DNA of 60,492 bases from Sedimentibacter sp. Its GTDB lineage: Bacteria > Bacillota > Clostridia > Tissierellales > Sedimentibacteraceae. Below are positions 42,487 to 52,051 of the stretch, in pieces. A model generated the notes under the pieces. It was not told where the DNA came from, ran no database searches, and saw only the letters and a list, made by a program, of their open reading frames with translations. The position numbers and the translations under genes were made by a program. Position 1 is the stretch's first letter, and every line of letters begins with the position of its first letter. Where the stretch lies: NCBI GenBank assembly GCA_017995755.1, contig JAGOIH010000001.1, positions 1-60,492 of the forward strand. The letters run 5' to 3'.

Positions 42487-44259
42487 TTATTCACCTACCT
42501 TAATTGCCTTTTTAGGACATAACTGCAGACAAAGTTCGCATCCTACACATTGCACTTTATTGATTGAAGATTTCTTTATTTCTTTTTTAAATACTATAGC
42601 CGGACAGCCTGTACCTACGCAGATTTTGCATCCTATGCATGTGTCCTCGTCAACCTGGCAGTAACCTGAAATTGGTCCGAATTCTTCGATATCCTCTTTA
42701 GAATACTTCTTGAGAGCACATGGATATCTTGAAATAATTACAGATGGTTCGTCCAAATCAAAGGCCCAATTTAGAGCATCCTTAATTGCAGCCTGGTCTA
42801 TGGGATTTACAGTTTTTACATTTTTAATTCCAAGTGCTCTTACTACAGGCTCAATTTGAACTGTGTCGGTAATTTCTCCCTGAAGTGTATAGCCGGTTCC
42901 GGGGTTTTCCTGGTGGCCTGTCATTGCTGTTATTCTGTTATCCAGTATGCATGTTATGGTATTGCTTTGGTTAAAGACCACATCCAAAAGGCTTGTCATG
43001 CCTGAATGGAAAAATGTTGAATCTCCTATGGTTGCTACTACCCGTTTGCTATCATTGTTCTTTTCAAATATCTTTTTGGCACCGTGTGCCATGCTTATGC
43101 TGGCTCCCATGCATACGCATGTATCAATTGAATTTAACGGAGGTGACCCGCCCAATGTATAGCAGCCTATATCTCCTGTTATCACGGTATTCTTTTTCTT
43201 TGACAATTGGTAGTAGAAAGCTCTGTGAGGACAGCCTGCACATAGTGTGGGAGGTCTTCCCACTGCTATTGTTTTGTCATATTCAATAACTTCATTTTCT
43301 CTACCGAAAATTGATTTCTTAATAATATCCGGATTAAGCTCCCAGATATTGGTTATTTTTTCTTTGCCTATGCAGGAGATACCTGCCGCCTTGATTTGTT
43401 CTTCCATATAAGGCTCTAATTCTTCAATTACATATAGTGTTTTAACTTCCTCTGCAAATTTCTTTATTTTTTCCATTGGAAGCGGGAAAGTAAAACCTAA
43501 TTTCAAATATGATGCATCCTTGCCAAATACTTCTTTTGCATATTGATAAGCAGCACCTGCAGAAATAACTCCGACTTTTTTGTTATTCCATTCAATGTAG
43601 TTTAAGTCGGTTTCATTTGAAAACTTTTCAAGTTCCTTAAGTTTTTTCTCAACTACCGGGTGAGCGGCTTTTGCATTGGCCGGTGCCATAATGTTTTTTT
43701 GTGGATTTTTCACGTATGCTTTTACTGGCACTTCAACTCTTTCGCCTGTTTCAACAATTGACTTGCTATGACTAACTCTTGTAGTCATTCTTATCATAAC
43801 CAGGACGTCATATTTTTCGCTTATATCCATGGCTTTCATTACCATGTCCTTGCAGTCCTGGGAGTTGCTCGGTTCAAGCATGGCTACCTTAGCCATTCTC
43901 GCATAGTACCTGTTATCCTGTTCATTCTGGGACGAATGAAGCCCGGGATCATCTGCATTTACCAGTACCAATCCGCCGTTAACACCTGTGTATCCCACTG
44001 TAAAAAGCGGGTCCGCTGCAACATTAAGTCCAACGCTTTTCATTGCTGTTAAAGCTCTTGCTCCTGCAAAGCTTGCTCCTATTGCCGATTCTACGGCAAC
44101 CTTTTCATTAGGTGCCCATTCTGATATTATTTCTTTGTGTGGAGCTATATTTTCCAATATTTCTGTACTCGGTGTACCTGGATAGGCCGCAGCGAAATGG
44201 ACTCCTGCTTCATAAGCTCCCTGAGCAATTGCTTCATTGCCTGTCATTAATACCTTCAT
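42487..44259 (-). CDS. iorA: Indolepyruvate:ferredoxin oxidoreductase alpha subunit
   Basis: GNEAIA, YPGTPSTEI, SSQNEQD, CAGCPHR, GDIGC, GDSTF, C-terminal ferredoxin domain. Confidence 0.93.
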   Translation of the reverse strand: MKVLMTGNEAIAQGAYEAGVHFAAAYPGTPSTEILENIAPHKEIISEWAPNEKVAVESAIGASFAGARALTAMKSVGLNVAADPLFTVGYTGVNGGLVLVNADDPGLHSSQNEQDNRYYARMAKVAMLEPSNSQDCKDMVMKAMDISEKYDVLVMIRMTTRVSHSKSIVETGERVEVPVKAYVKNPQKNIMAPANAKAAHPVVEKKLKELEKFSNETDLNYIEWNNKKVGVISAGAAYQYAKEVFGKDASYLKLGFTFPLPMEKIKKFAEEVKTLYVIEELEPYMEEQIKAAGISCIGKEKITNIWELNPDIIKKSIFGRENEVIEYDKTIAVGRPPTLCAGCPHRAFYYQLSKKKNTVITGDIGCYTLGGSPPLNSIDTCVCMGASISMAHGAKKIFEKNNDSKRVVATIGDSTFFHSGMTSLLDVVFNQSNTITCILDNRITAMTGHQENPGTGYTLQGEITDTVQIEPVVRALGIKNVKTVNPIDQAAIKDALNWAFDLDEPSVIISRYPCALKKYSKEDIEEFGPISGYCQVDEDTCIGCKICVGTGCPAIVFKKEIKKSSINKVQCVGCELCLQLCPKKAIKVGE

Positions 44260-44283
44260 ATTTTCCTCCTTTTTTCCCATCTT

Positions 44284-45939
44284 TTATTTTGCACTGATTA
44301 TGGTTAAATTCATAATTTCATTTTCAAGACTTTTTATATTATTGTTGATATTTTTTATTTTGTCAATGTCAATATCTTCATCATTCAAATAACTCTTAGT
44401 GTTAATTAGAGCATTTTCAAATACTTTCTTAAGTTCTTCAAATTCCTTTAACAGCTCATTGATATGCTTATCCTCTATTTTTTGTTTTTTAGATTCCAGA
44501 ACAATTTCATTTACAAAGTTTTTCTCTTTGATATCATATAAAATATTATACTCTGGAATTATGCTGTTTATGTTAAACCTTTCTTTCACTTCCATGGCTA
44601 ACTCTTCTTTTGCTTCTTTTTCTCCATGAACTATGAAAATTTTCCCCGGCTTTTCTTTAAAACCGTCTATCCAGTTTAAAAGAGCGGGTTTGTCCGCATG
44701 TCCTGAAAATCCCTCAATATTGTATATTTCAGCATTAACTTTTATTTCTTCCCCTAATATTTTAACATTTTTTTCTCCGTCCAGGAGCCTTCTGCCCAAG
44801 GTACCTTCTGCCTGATAACCTACAAATACAATACTGGCTTCCTTTCTCCAGAGATTGTGTTTCAAGTGGTGTCTGATTCTTCCTGCCTCACACATACCGC
44901 TGGCAGAAATAATAATTTTTGGTTCTTTGGAAAAGTTTAACTGTTTGGATTCATCTGCTGTTACTGCAAAATGCAGATTTTGAAAATCCAAAGGGTTGTC
45001 CCCTTTCATTATATGTTCTTTTGCCTCTTTGTCGAAGGCATAGCTGTTTCTTTTAAATACTTCTGTTGCTTTAACTGCCAGAGGGCTGTCTATATAGACA
45101 GGTATCTTTCTCAGTTCATTTTCCTCAGTACCGATTTCATTCAAATGGCTGTCATAGTATTTGTTAAGTTCGTAAATCAACTCCTGAGTTCTGCCAACCG
45201 CAAAGGAAGGTATTATTACGCTGCCTCCTCTCCTTGCTGTTTTTAATATAATATTAATAAGCTCTCCTGTTCTTTCATTTATATTTTCGTGGATTCTGTT
45301 GCCGTAGGTTGCTTCCATTATTAAATAATCTGCCTTGTTTATCTGAACAGGATCATTTAACAAAGGTTTTTCATGCATGCCCAAGTCTCCGGAATACACC
45401 AGTTTAATGGTATCTTCCTCATCTTTTATCCATATTTCAATGATAGAAGACCCTAGTATATGGCCGGCATCATTGAATCTGACAGTGATATTTTCGTCTA
45501 TATTAATTATTTGATCATATAAAACCGGCTTGAAATACTGAAGGCTTTTTAAAGCGTCCTCCTGTGTGTATAGAGGTTCTACAAATTCCTTCCCTGAACG
45601 TTTTGCTTTATTGTTCTCCCATTCTGCTTCTGTCTCTTGAATGTGAGCTGAATCTAACAGCATTATTTCACAAAGGTCATATGCGGGTTTTGAACAATAA
45701 ATATTTCCTTTAAAACCTTTTTTTATAAGCAACGGAATTCTTCCGCTGTGGTCGATGTGGCTGTGGCTCAATAAAAGGCAATCGATTTCTGCCGGATTTA
45801 CTGCAAATTCTTCTGCATTTAAATCCTCATCCTTACCCTGATACATACCGCAATCAAGCATTATATTCCTGCCACTTGCCTGTATTAAGTGGTTTGAGCC
45901 GGTAACACCATTTACTGCACCTAAAAACCTGATTTTCAT
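44284..45939 (-). CDS. Beta-CASP metallo-beta-lactamase-fold ribonuclease
   Basis: SHSHIDHSG, AGHILGS, GDLG, FAVGRTQE, SASGM, FSGHAD, VHGE. Confidence 0.88.
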   Translation of the reverse strand: MKIRFLGAVNGVTGSNHLIQASGRNIMLDCGMYQGKDEDLNAEEFAVNPAEIDCLLLSHSHIDHSGRIPLLIKKGFKGNIYCSKPAYDLCEIMLLDSAHIQETEAEWENNKAKRSGKEFVEPLYTQEDALKSLQYFKPVLYDQIINIDENITVRFNDAGHILGSSIIEIWIKDEEDTIKLVYSGDLGMHEKPLLNDPVQINKADYLIMEATYGNRIHENINERTGELINIILKTARRGGSVIIPSFAVGRTQELIYELNKYYDSHLNEIGTEENELRKIPVYIDSPLAVKATEVFKRNSYAFDKEAKEHIMKGDNPLDFQNLHFAVTADESKQLNFSKEPKIIISASGMCEAGRIRHHLKHNLWRKEASIVFVGYQAEGTLGRRLLDGEKNVKILGEEIKVNAEIYNIEGFSGHADKPALLNWIDGFKEKPGKIFIVHGEKEAKEELAMEVKERFNINSIIPEYNILYDIKEKNFVNEIVLESKKQKIEDKHINELLKEFEELKKVFENALINTKSYLNDEDIDIDKIKNINNNIKSLENEIMNLTIISAK

Positions 45940-46063
45940 ATTATACCTCTTTCGGATTAGAACTAAGGATGCTTAAAAAATATTTTAACAACATAATAAG
46001 TATGACAAAAAAAATCAAATATGTCAATGGCTTGTACCAAACATTAGCCATAATTAATAAAAT

Positions 46064-46094
46064 AAAAGGTGCCTTCAATTTATAAAAAGCACCT
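46064..46094 (-). terminator. Terminator after spoVT
   Basis: AGGTGC...GCACCT followed by TTT on the minus strand. Confidence 0.55.
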
Positions 46095-46098
46095 CTGC

Positions 46099-46229
46099 TT
46101 AGGTCATCTCTCAGTCTCGCTGCGCAATTTTGTTTGTTCCTGTCGTCACACAAAATTTGCGCTCGTTGTGAATGACCTACCGGCCATCTGTTCTTCGCCA
46201 TAGCTCGAACATATGGGGTTAGGGCATCT
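46099..46229. repeat. ~120-bp structured intergenic element, copy A
   Basis: TTAGGTCATCT-hairpin-ATGACCTA-hairpin-TTAGGGCATCT; right half nearly identical to 59514-59568. Confidence 0.85.
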
Positions 46230-46781
46230 TTAATTCTCCATTTGTCTTGATAAAAATATGCTTGCCGTCTTAATTAATTTTTCTTCAACTTCAGACATCT
46301 TGGAGCCTTTGTCTTTGGACAGGAGTATAACGGCTCCGATTGGATCTCCATGTACCATAATGGGTGAAATAACCTGACTTGTATAATTGTCAGGATTGAA
46401 TTCATTGGCTGTAATTCTTATTGGCTTTGAAGTTGCATCTGTTTGATAAATCTCTCTGCTCTCGATGATTTTTTCCAGTTCAGGGCTCAGTCTTTTTTCT
46501 GTATAATCTTTCTTAGAACTTCCGGAAACAGCAATTACACCGTCTCTATCTGTAATTAATGCAATATGCCTGGTAGTTTCAAATAATGATTCAACATATT
46601 CTCCTGCAAATTCAGTCAATTCTCCAATAGGCGAGTATTTCTTTAATATGATTTCACCTTCTCTATCGGTAAATATTTCTAAAGGGTCCCCTTCTCTTAT
46701 CCTTAAGGTCCTTCTAATTTCTTTAGGAATTACTACTCTGCCTAAATCGTCAATTCTCCTGACAATTCCTGTTGCTTTCAT
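46230..46781 (-). CDS. spoVT: Stage V sporulation protein T
   Basis: MKATGIVRRIDDLGRVVIPKEIRRT AbrB domain plus a GAF-like C-terminus. Confidence 0.95.
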   Translation of the reverse strand: MKATGIVRRIDDLGRVVIPKEIRRTLRIREGDPLEIFTDREGEIILKKYSPIGELTEFAGEYVESLFETTRHIALITDRDGVIAVSGSSKKDYTEKRLSPELEKIIESREIYQTDATSKPIRITANEFNPDNYTSQVISPIMVHGDPIGAVILLSKDKGSKMSEVEEKLIKTASIFLSRQMEN

Positions 46782-46976
46782 TTGCTCACATTCCTCCAAT
46801 TACATATATTTTTATGACATTTCTTTTAATATTTTCTATTATTTACACTTTAGCGAATTTTATCCTTACTAGTTTGCCATAATGTTGTAAATATTATCAA
46901 AGAATAGAAATATATTATTCATTATAATGGAAGAATTTAAACTTATCAACATTTTTTTACTAAAATTAACAAATTT

Positions 46977-47918
46977 TTAATTATTTACTATTACTGCATT
47001 GCTCTTGAGTTCTTCTAATAAGTCCTGATATCTGTTTGTTTTGTAATACTCAATAAGCTTGTCTTTTTCCGATTCCACTGTTATATCTTCATCAACTATT
47101 TTGTCAGTCAGCTTAATTATATGATATCCGTAATCAGACTTAACTGGCTTGCTCACTTCCCCTATTTCCAATGCAAATGCTGCTTCTGAAAAAGGTTTTA
47201 CCATTTGTGCATAGTTAAAGTAGTCTAAATCCCCTCCGTTTGGTCCGCTTCCGGGATCAATGGACAATTCTCTGGCAATTTCTGCGAAATCTTCGCCCTT
47301 ATTTATTCTTTCGATAGCTTTTATGGCTTCTTCTTCTGTATTAACAAGAATATGGCTTGCTTTTACCTGAGTATTCATTTTCATTTCATCAAAAAGAGTT
47401 TTCAATTCATCCTCACCAGGCAGCAAGCTGTCAATTTTCGTTGTTATATAATTATTAACCAATATTTCTTTAGTCAGCTCTCCTAAAACAAATTCTTCAG
47501 TCATATTTCTTTGTTCCAAAAAGCTTTTATAATCTTCGTCGTTTTCAAAATTTATTTTAAAATTTTCCAATGCGTGTTGTTTGTCTTCTTCCGTTACTTC
47601 TATTTTTTCTTTTTCGGCTGCATCCAGCAAAAGCAATGAATTAGTCATTTCATTCATTACGTATTCCTCATATATTTCTTTATATGTCATACCTCTTGCT
47701 GCCTCTTTTTCCCAGGCATCTTCACCAAATTGATACTCAACATAAGACTTGTAGTATGCTATTGCATCATCATAGTCTTTTTGCATGATTGCCTTGCCGT
47801 TAACTGTTGCCATAACACCTTCAACGGCATCCTGGCTTTCTTTGTCTGAACATGCTGTAAATACTAAAGCTATGCACATTAAAGTTATTAAGAATAATGA
47901 TTTTTTAAATTTGTTCAT
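46977..47918 (-). CDS. prsA: PrsA-type peptidyl-prolyl isomerase lipoprotein
   Basis: Lipobox FTAC, ASHILV, GGDL, SDYGYHII. Confidence 0.88.
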   Translation of the reverse strand: MNKFKKSLFLITLMCIALVFTACSDKESQDAVEGVMATVNGKAIMQKDYDDAIAYYKSYVEYQFGEDAWEKEAARGMTYKEIYEEYVMNEMTNSLLLLDAAEKEKIEVTEEDKQHALENFKINFENDEDYKSFLEQRNMTEEFVLGELTKEILVNNYITTKIDSLLPGEDELKTLFDEMKMNTQVKASHILVNTEEEAIKAIERINKGEDFAEIARELSIDPGSGPNGGDLDYFNYAQMVKPFSEAAFALEIGEVSKPVKSDYGYHIIKLTDKIVDEDITVESEKDKLIEYYKTNRYQDLLEELKSNAVIVNN

Positions 47919-50900
47919 GTTTTTCCTCCACAGCAGCTGTATCTGCTTTAAAATTATTTAGTATTTCAAAAAATCCTTCCAATTCCTTGAGTAATTTTTC
48001 TTGTTCAAGAGAATCTAATCTATATTTAACAATAGGCTCGTTTGTTCCAACAAAGCTTATTTTTTTGTAATAATTTTTAATAAGGAATTCTATTATATTT
48101 TGTCCCAGGTCACTTGTTCCGGTCATTTCAATACTTACTGTATTTCCTGCCTGGCTTATTGCTTTTATGTGAAGCCTTTTGCATAGCGATTTAATATAAG
48201 ATATTTTCAAGAGATTGCCAACCTGAGGCGGAATATTCCCGAACCTGTCTATAATTTCTTCAGTTATATCAAGTATATCATTTTTATTTTCTGCCGCTGC
48301 AATTTTTTTGTATATCTCTATTTTTTGCTCTTCATTTTCAATAAATGATGATGGAATGTAGCCGTCAACATTTAAATCCACAGACGTTTCAATATCCTCT
48401 TCCAATTGTTTGCCTTGTATTTCCCTTACTGCTCTCTCCAAGAACTTAACATACAAATCATATCCTATTGCCAGCATGTGACCGTGCTGTTCCTGACCCA
48501 GTATATTGCCGCTGCCTCTTATTTCCAGATCACGCATGGCAATTTTAAATCCTGAACCGAACTCCGTGAATTCCTTTATTGCCTTGAGCCTTTTATCTGC
48601 AACTTCTGAGAGCATTTTGTCTTTTTCATAGGTGAGATAAGCATAAGAAACTTTATTTGACCTGCCTATTCTTCCTCTTAATTGATATAGCTGTGATAGT
48701 CCCAAATAATCGGCATTGTCAATAATCAGTGTGTTTACATTGGGTATGTCCATTCCGGTTTCAATTATTGTTGTACATACCAAAATGTCATATTCTCTAT
48801 TGACAAACTCAAACATTACATTTTCAAGGTGCCGTTCGCTCATTTGGCCGTGGGCTACCGCAATGCGTGCATCAGGCAGAATTCTTCTCAGTTTGGCTGC
48901 TGCACGGTCAATGTCGGCCACTCTGTTATGAACATAATAGACCTGGCCCTTTCTTAAGATTTCCTTTTCAATTGCATCCTTTATCAATCCTTCATTGTAT
49001 TCAATAACATAGGTTTGAATGGGAAGCCTGTCTCCCGGGGGCTCTGATATAATGCTCATGTCCCTTACACCTATCATTGACATATGAAGGGTCCTTGGTA
49101 TGGGTGTAGCCGACAGTGTAAGAACATCAATGTTGCTTTTGAGCTGTTTTATAAGTTCCTTATGTCTTACGCCGAATCTTTGCTCCTCATCTATTATCAA
49201 AAGACCCAAATCCTTGAATTTAAGGTCCTTGGAAAGAAGTTTATGTGTACCGATTACAATATCAGCCAAACCTTTATTAAGCTCATTTATAATTTTGTTT
49301 TGCTGATAGTGCGTTCTAAAGCGGCTGAGCATTTCAATTCTAATGGGATAGCCTCTGAATCTTTCAACTAAATTGGTATAGTGCTGCTGAGCCAGAATAG
49401 TTGTTGGAACCAGCATTGCCACCTGTTTTGAGTCAGTAACCGCTTTAAATGCAGCCCTCATTGCCACCTCTGTTTTTCCGAAGCCCACATCGCCGCAAAG
49501 AAGTCTGTCCATGCAAATGGGTTTTTCCATGTCCTTTTTTATTTCCTTTACGCAGCGAAGCTGGTCTTCTGTTTCTTCAAAGGGAAATTTATATTCAAAT
49601 TCTTTCTGCCATTCAGTGTCGCCGGAAAATGCAAATCCTTTTGAAACCTTTCTTTCAGCATACAGCTTAATCAGGTCGGCTGCCATATTTTCTATTGCAG
49701 CTTTTGACCGTTCCTTGGTTTTTGCCCAGTCTGAGCTTCCCATTTTATTGAGCTTCGGTTTTTCAGAATCAGACCCGATATACTTTTGAATGAGAGACAT
49801 TTGGTCAACAGGAACATACAGCCTGTCTTCGGCCTTGTACCTGATGCACAGATAGTCTTTCTGTATATTCTGCACCTTGATTTTTTCAATTCCAACGTAT
49901 TGACCGATGCCGTGATGTTCATGTACTACATAGTCTCCTGCCTTTAAATCGGTGAAAACATCTATTGCCGCACCTTTTCGCTTTACTGCCTTACGGGATT
50001 TGCGTCTGGCTGAGCCAAGTACTTCATTTTCTGTAAGTACAAGGATCTTGTTATCGTAATATTCAAATCCCTTTGTCAGTTCGCCCGGTGTTATTACCAC
50101 TTGGCCGCTTTCAGCCGTATTTGCATCCCTTGACAATATGGCAGAGCATTCATAATCATTTAATAGATTATAAAGCTTCTTGCAGCTTTCATAGCCGGCA
50201 AGTACGATATTTACCTTGTAGCCCTTATATTTCAGCCTGTTGAGGTCCTTTGACAGCTCTTCGATCCTGCCGTAATAAGATGGAGCTTCCTTGAACAGCA
50301 TGTGGACGGAAGTATCCGTCTTAAATGCTTTCTCTTTTCCGTTTAAGGAAATGAAGGGTCTTTTTAAAATTTCCTCAAGGAGTTCATCTTCGCTTATAAA
50401 CACCTGGCTCTGATTTGAAAAAATTTCGCCCTTTTCGAATAATTCGCTGTATTTAAGCCGGAAGCTTTCGTTAATAGTTCTGAGCTCTTCAAATATTCTT
50501 TCAGGTTCATCAACAAGCAGAATAAGCTCATCATCCCCAAAATAATCTAAAATGCTTGAAAAGGACTCCTTTGTAAAAGCTACCAAAAGGTCTGCATTTT
50601 CAATTCCCATACCGGACATCAGCTTGTCTTGATAAGAGTTGTAAAGGTTTTTTAAGTTTTTTGCCGCTTCCCTGCCAAGATTTTTGTTTTGTCTAAGATT
50701 ATAATCTTTTTCAACTTCAGCTAATATTGTTTTTATTTCTTCTTTTTTGAATAAAACATCACTGCAGGGAAGAATCTTAACGGACCCTACGTTTTTAACA
50801 GATCTCTGGGTTTTTAAATCAATCAGTCTTATGGAGTCTACTTCATCATCAAAAAACTCAACTCTGCATGGATTTGCTTGAGAAGGAGAAAAAATATCAA

Positions 50901-51432
50901 TAATTCCGCCTCTAACAGAAAATTGTCCCACTCCTTCAATTGCATCCACTCTCTCGTATTTTAGCTTAATCAGCCTGCTTCTTAGTTCATTCATGTCATA
51001 GCTTAAGCCGTATTTTAATTCTATAATGCTTTCCTTAAATCTATCTTTAGACATCACTCTTGTAATTATAGAATTAATTGAAGCTGTTACAATGTTTTTC
51101 TTCCTATTTAAAATATCATGAAGCAAGTCTGACCTCTTGTGGTCTACATCCTTGCTTAAGGCGTCAACATTATACAAAATAAATTCTTTGGGCTGGAGTC
51201 GGTTTGAATGATCGGTATAAGCTTTAATATATTCTTCATATTTCTTTGATTTTGCTTCGCTGCTTGTTATTATTAATACTTTATCGGATATGTCTAACAG
51301 ATTGCACGCCAAATAAGCTGCTCCTTCTTCATTTAGCCCTTGGAGCAGCTGACTTTTTCCACTCTTATAATTATCACATATCTTTTTAAATTTTTCTGTT
51401 CTTTGAAACTGGTCAAATAAGACTTTGTTCAT
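47905..51432 (-). CDS. mfd: Transcription-repair coupling factor
   Basis: RGGIIDIF, HGIG, GDVGFGKT, DEEQRFG, QLRGRIGR, DLEIRG. Confidence 0.97.
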   Translation of the reverse strand: MNKVLFDQFQRTEKFKKICDNYKSGKSQLLQGLNEEGAAYLACNLLDISDKVLIITSSEAKSKKYEEYIKAYTDHSNRLQPKEFILYNVDALSKDVDHKRSDLLHDILNRKKNIVTASINSIITRVMSKDRFKESIIELKYGLSYDMNELRSRLIKLKYERVDAIEGVGQFSVRGGIIDIFSPSQANPCRVEFFDDEVDSIRLIDLKTQRSVKNVGSVKILPCSDVLFKKEEIKTILAEVEKDYNLRQNKNLGREAAKNLKNLYNSYQDKLMSGMGIENADLLVAFTKESFSSILDYFGDDELILLVDEPERIFEELRTINESFRLKYSELFEKGEIFSNQSQVFISEDELLEEILKRPFISLNGKEKAFKTDTSVHMLFKEAPSYYGRIEELSKDLNRLKYKGYKVNIVLAGYESCKKLYNLLNDYECSAILSRDANTAESGQVVITPGELTKGFEYYDNKILVLTENEVLGSARRKSRKAVKRKGAAIDVFTDLKAGDYVVHEHHGIGQYVGIEKIKVQNIQKDYLCIRYKAEDRLYVPVDQMSLIQKYIGSDSEKPKLNKMGSSDWAKTKERSKAAIENMAADLIKLYAERKVSKGFAFSGDTEWQKEFEYKFPFEETEDQLRCVKEIKKDMEKPICMDRLLCGDVGFGKTEVAMRAAFKAVTDSKQVAMLVPTTILAQQHYTNLVERFRGYPIRIEMLSRFRTHYQQNKIINELNKGLADIVIGTHKLLSKDLKFKDLGLLIIDEEQRFGVRHKELIKQLKSNIDVLTLSATPIPRTLHMSMIGVRDMSIISEPPGDRLPIQTYVIEYNEGLIKDAIEKEILRKGQVYYVHNRVADIDRAAAKLRRILPDARIAVAHGQMSERHLENVMFEFVNREYDILVCTTIIETGMDIPNVNTLIIDNADYLGLSQLYQLRGRIGRSNKVSYAYLTYEKDKMLSEVADKRLKAIKEFTEFGSGFKIAMRDLEIRGSGNILGQEQHGHMLAIGYDLYVKFLERAVREIQGKQLEEDIETSVDLNVDGYIPSSFIENEEQKIEIYKKIAAAENKNDILDITEEIIDRFGNIPPQVGNLLKISYIKSLCKRLHIKAISQAGNTVSIEMTGTSDLGQNIIEFLIKNYYKKISFVGTNEPIVKYRLDSLEQEKLLKELEGFFEILNNFKADTAAVEEKHEQI

Positions 51433-51468
51433 ATATTTAATCTGGGGACATGGCGTCCCCCTTCCTTG

Positions 51469-52041
51469 CTATGATTCACTTAAACCTTTGACATTATATT
51501 TCTGCATTGCGCTTTCCACGCTGTTTTCAATAATTTCAAGAGCAGCTTCAGCTGCCTTTTCAATAATGTTGCTGACTACAGCTTTTTCATCTTGAGAAAA
51601 ACTCTGAAGAACATAATCGGCAAGGTCCATATCTTCATTTCTTCCTATTCCAATTCTAATGCGGGGAAAACTGCTTCCTATGCTTTCAATAACTGATTTC
51701 ATCCCGTTATGTGTTCCTGGACTTCCATTTGGCCTGATTCTTAAAGTACCCAGGGGTATATCAATATCATCATATATGACTATGATGTTTTCTGTGGGTA
51801 GCTTGTAAAACTTAACAATTTCCCCTATGGCAATCCCGCTTCTGTTCATATAGGTAACCGGCTTTACAAGCATGACTTTTTCTCCGTCTATGTATGTTTC
51901 CCCATATACGGAGTTAAATTTCAGCTTATTTAATTTTACATTTAGTCTTTGTGCCAAATGTTCAACTGTCATGTAGCCTGAATTGTGCCTTGAACCGGTA
52001 TATTCCTTGCCTGGATTGCCGAGTCCTGCAATTATAAACAT
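51469..52041 (-). CDS. pth: Peptidyl-tRNA hydrolase
   Basis: GLGNPG, RHN, KP.TYMN.SG, HNG; ATG 52041. Confidence 0.95.
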   Translation of the reverse strand: MFIIAGLGNPGKEYTGSRHNSGYMTVEHLAQRLNVKLNKLKFNSVYGETYIDGEKVMLVKPVTYMNRSGIAIGEIVKFYKLPTENIIVIYDDIDIPLGTLRIRPNGSPGTHNGMKSVIESIGSSFPRIRIGIGRNEDMDLADYVLQSFSQDEKAVVSNIIEKAAEAALEIIENSVESAMQKYNVKGLSES

Positions 52042-52051
52042 ATTAACCTCT

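Noticed and set aside
45941-46201. 86-aa ORF (also 53391-53741, 53614-53829, 59278-59622)
   Set aside because: They run across repeats, terminators and promoters, and have no convincing RBS or protein-like features.
46172-46227. Integron attC site (GTTAGGG/GTTAGGC end with imperfect hairpin)
   Set aside because: The partner box is ACCTACC rather than RYYYAAC, the R-L spacer geometry is absent, flanking genes are core housekeeping genes and no integrase is seen; kept only as an analogy.
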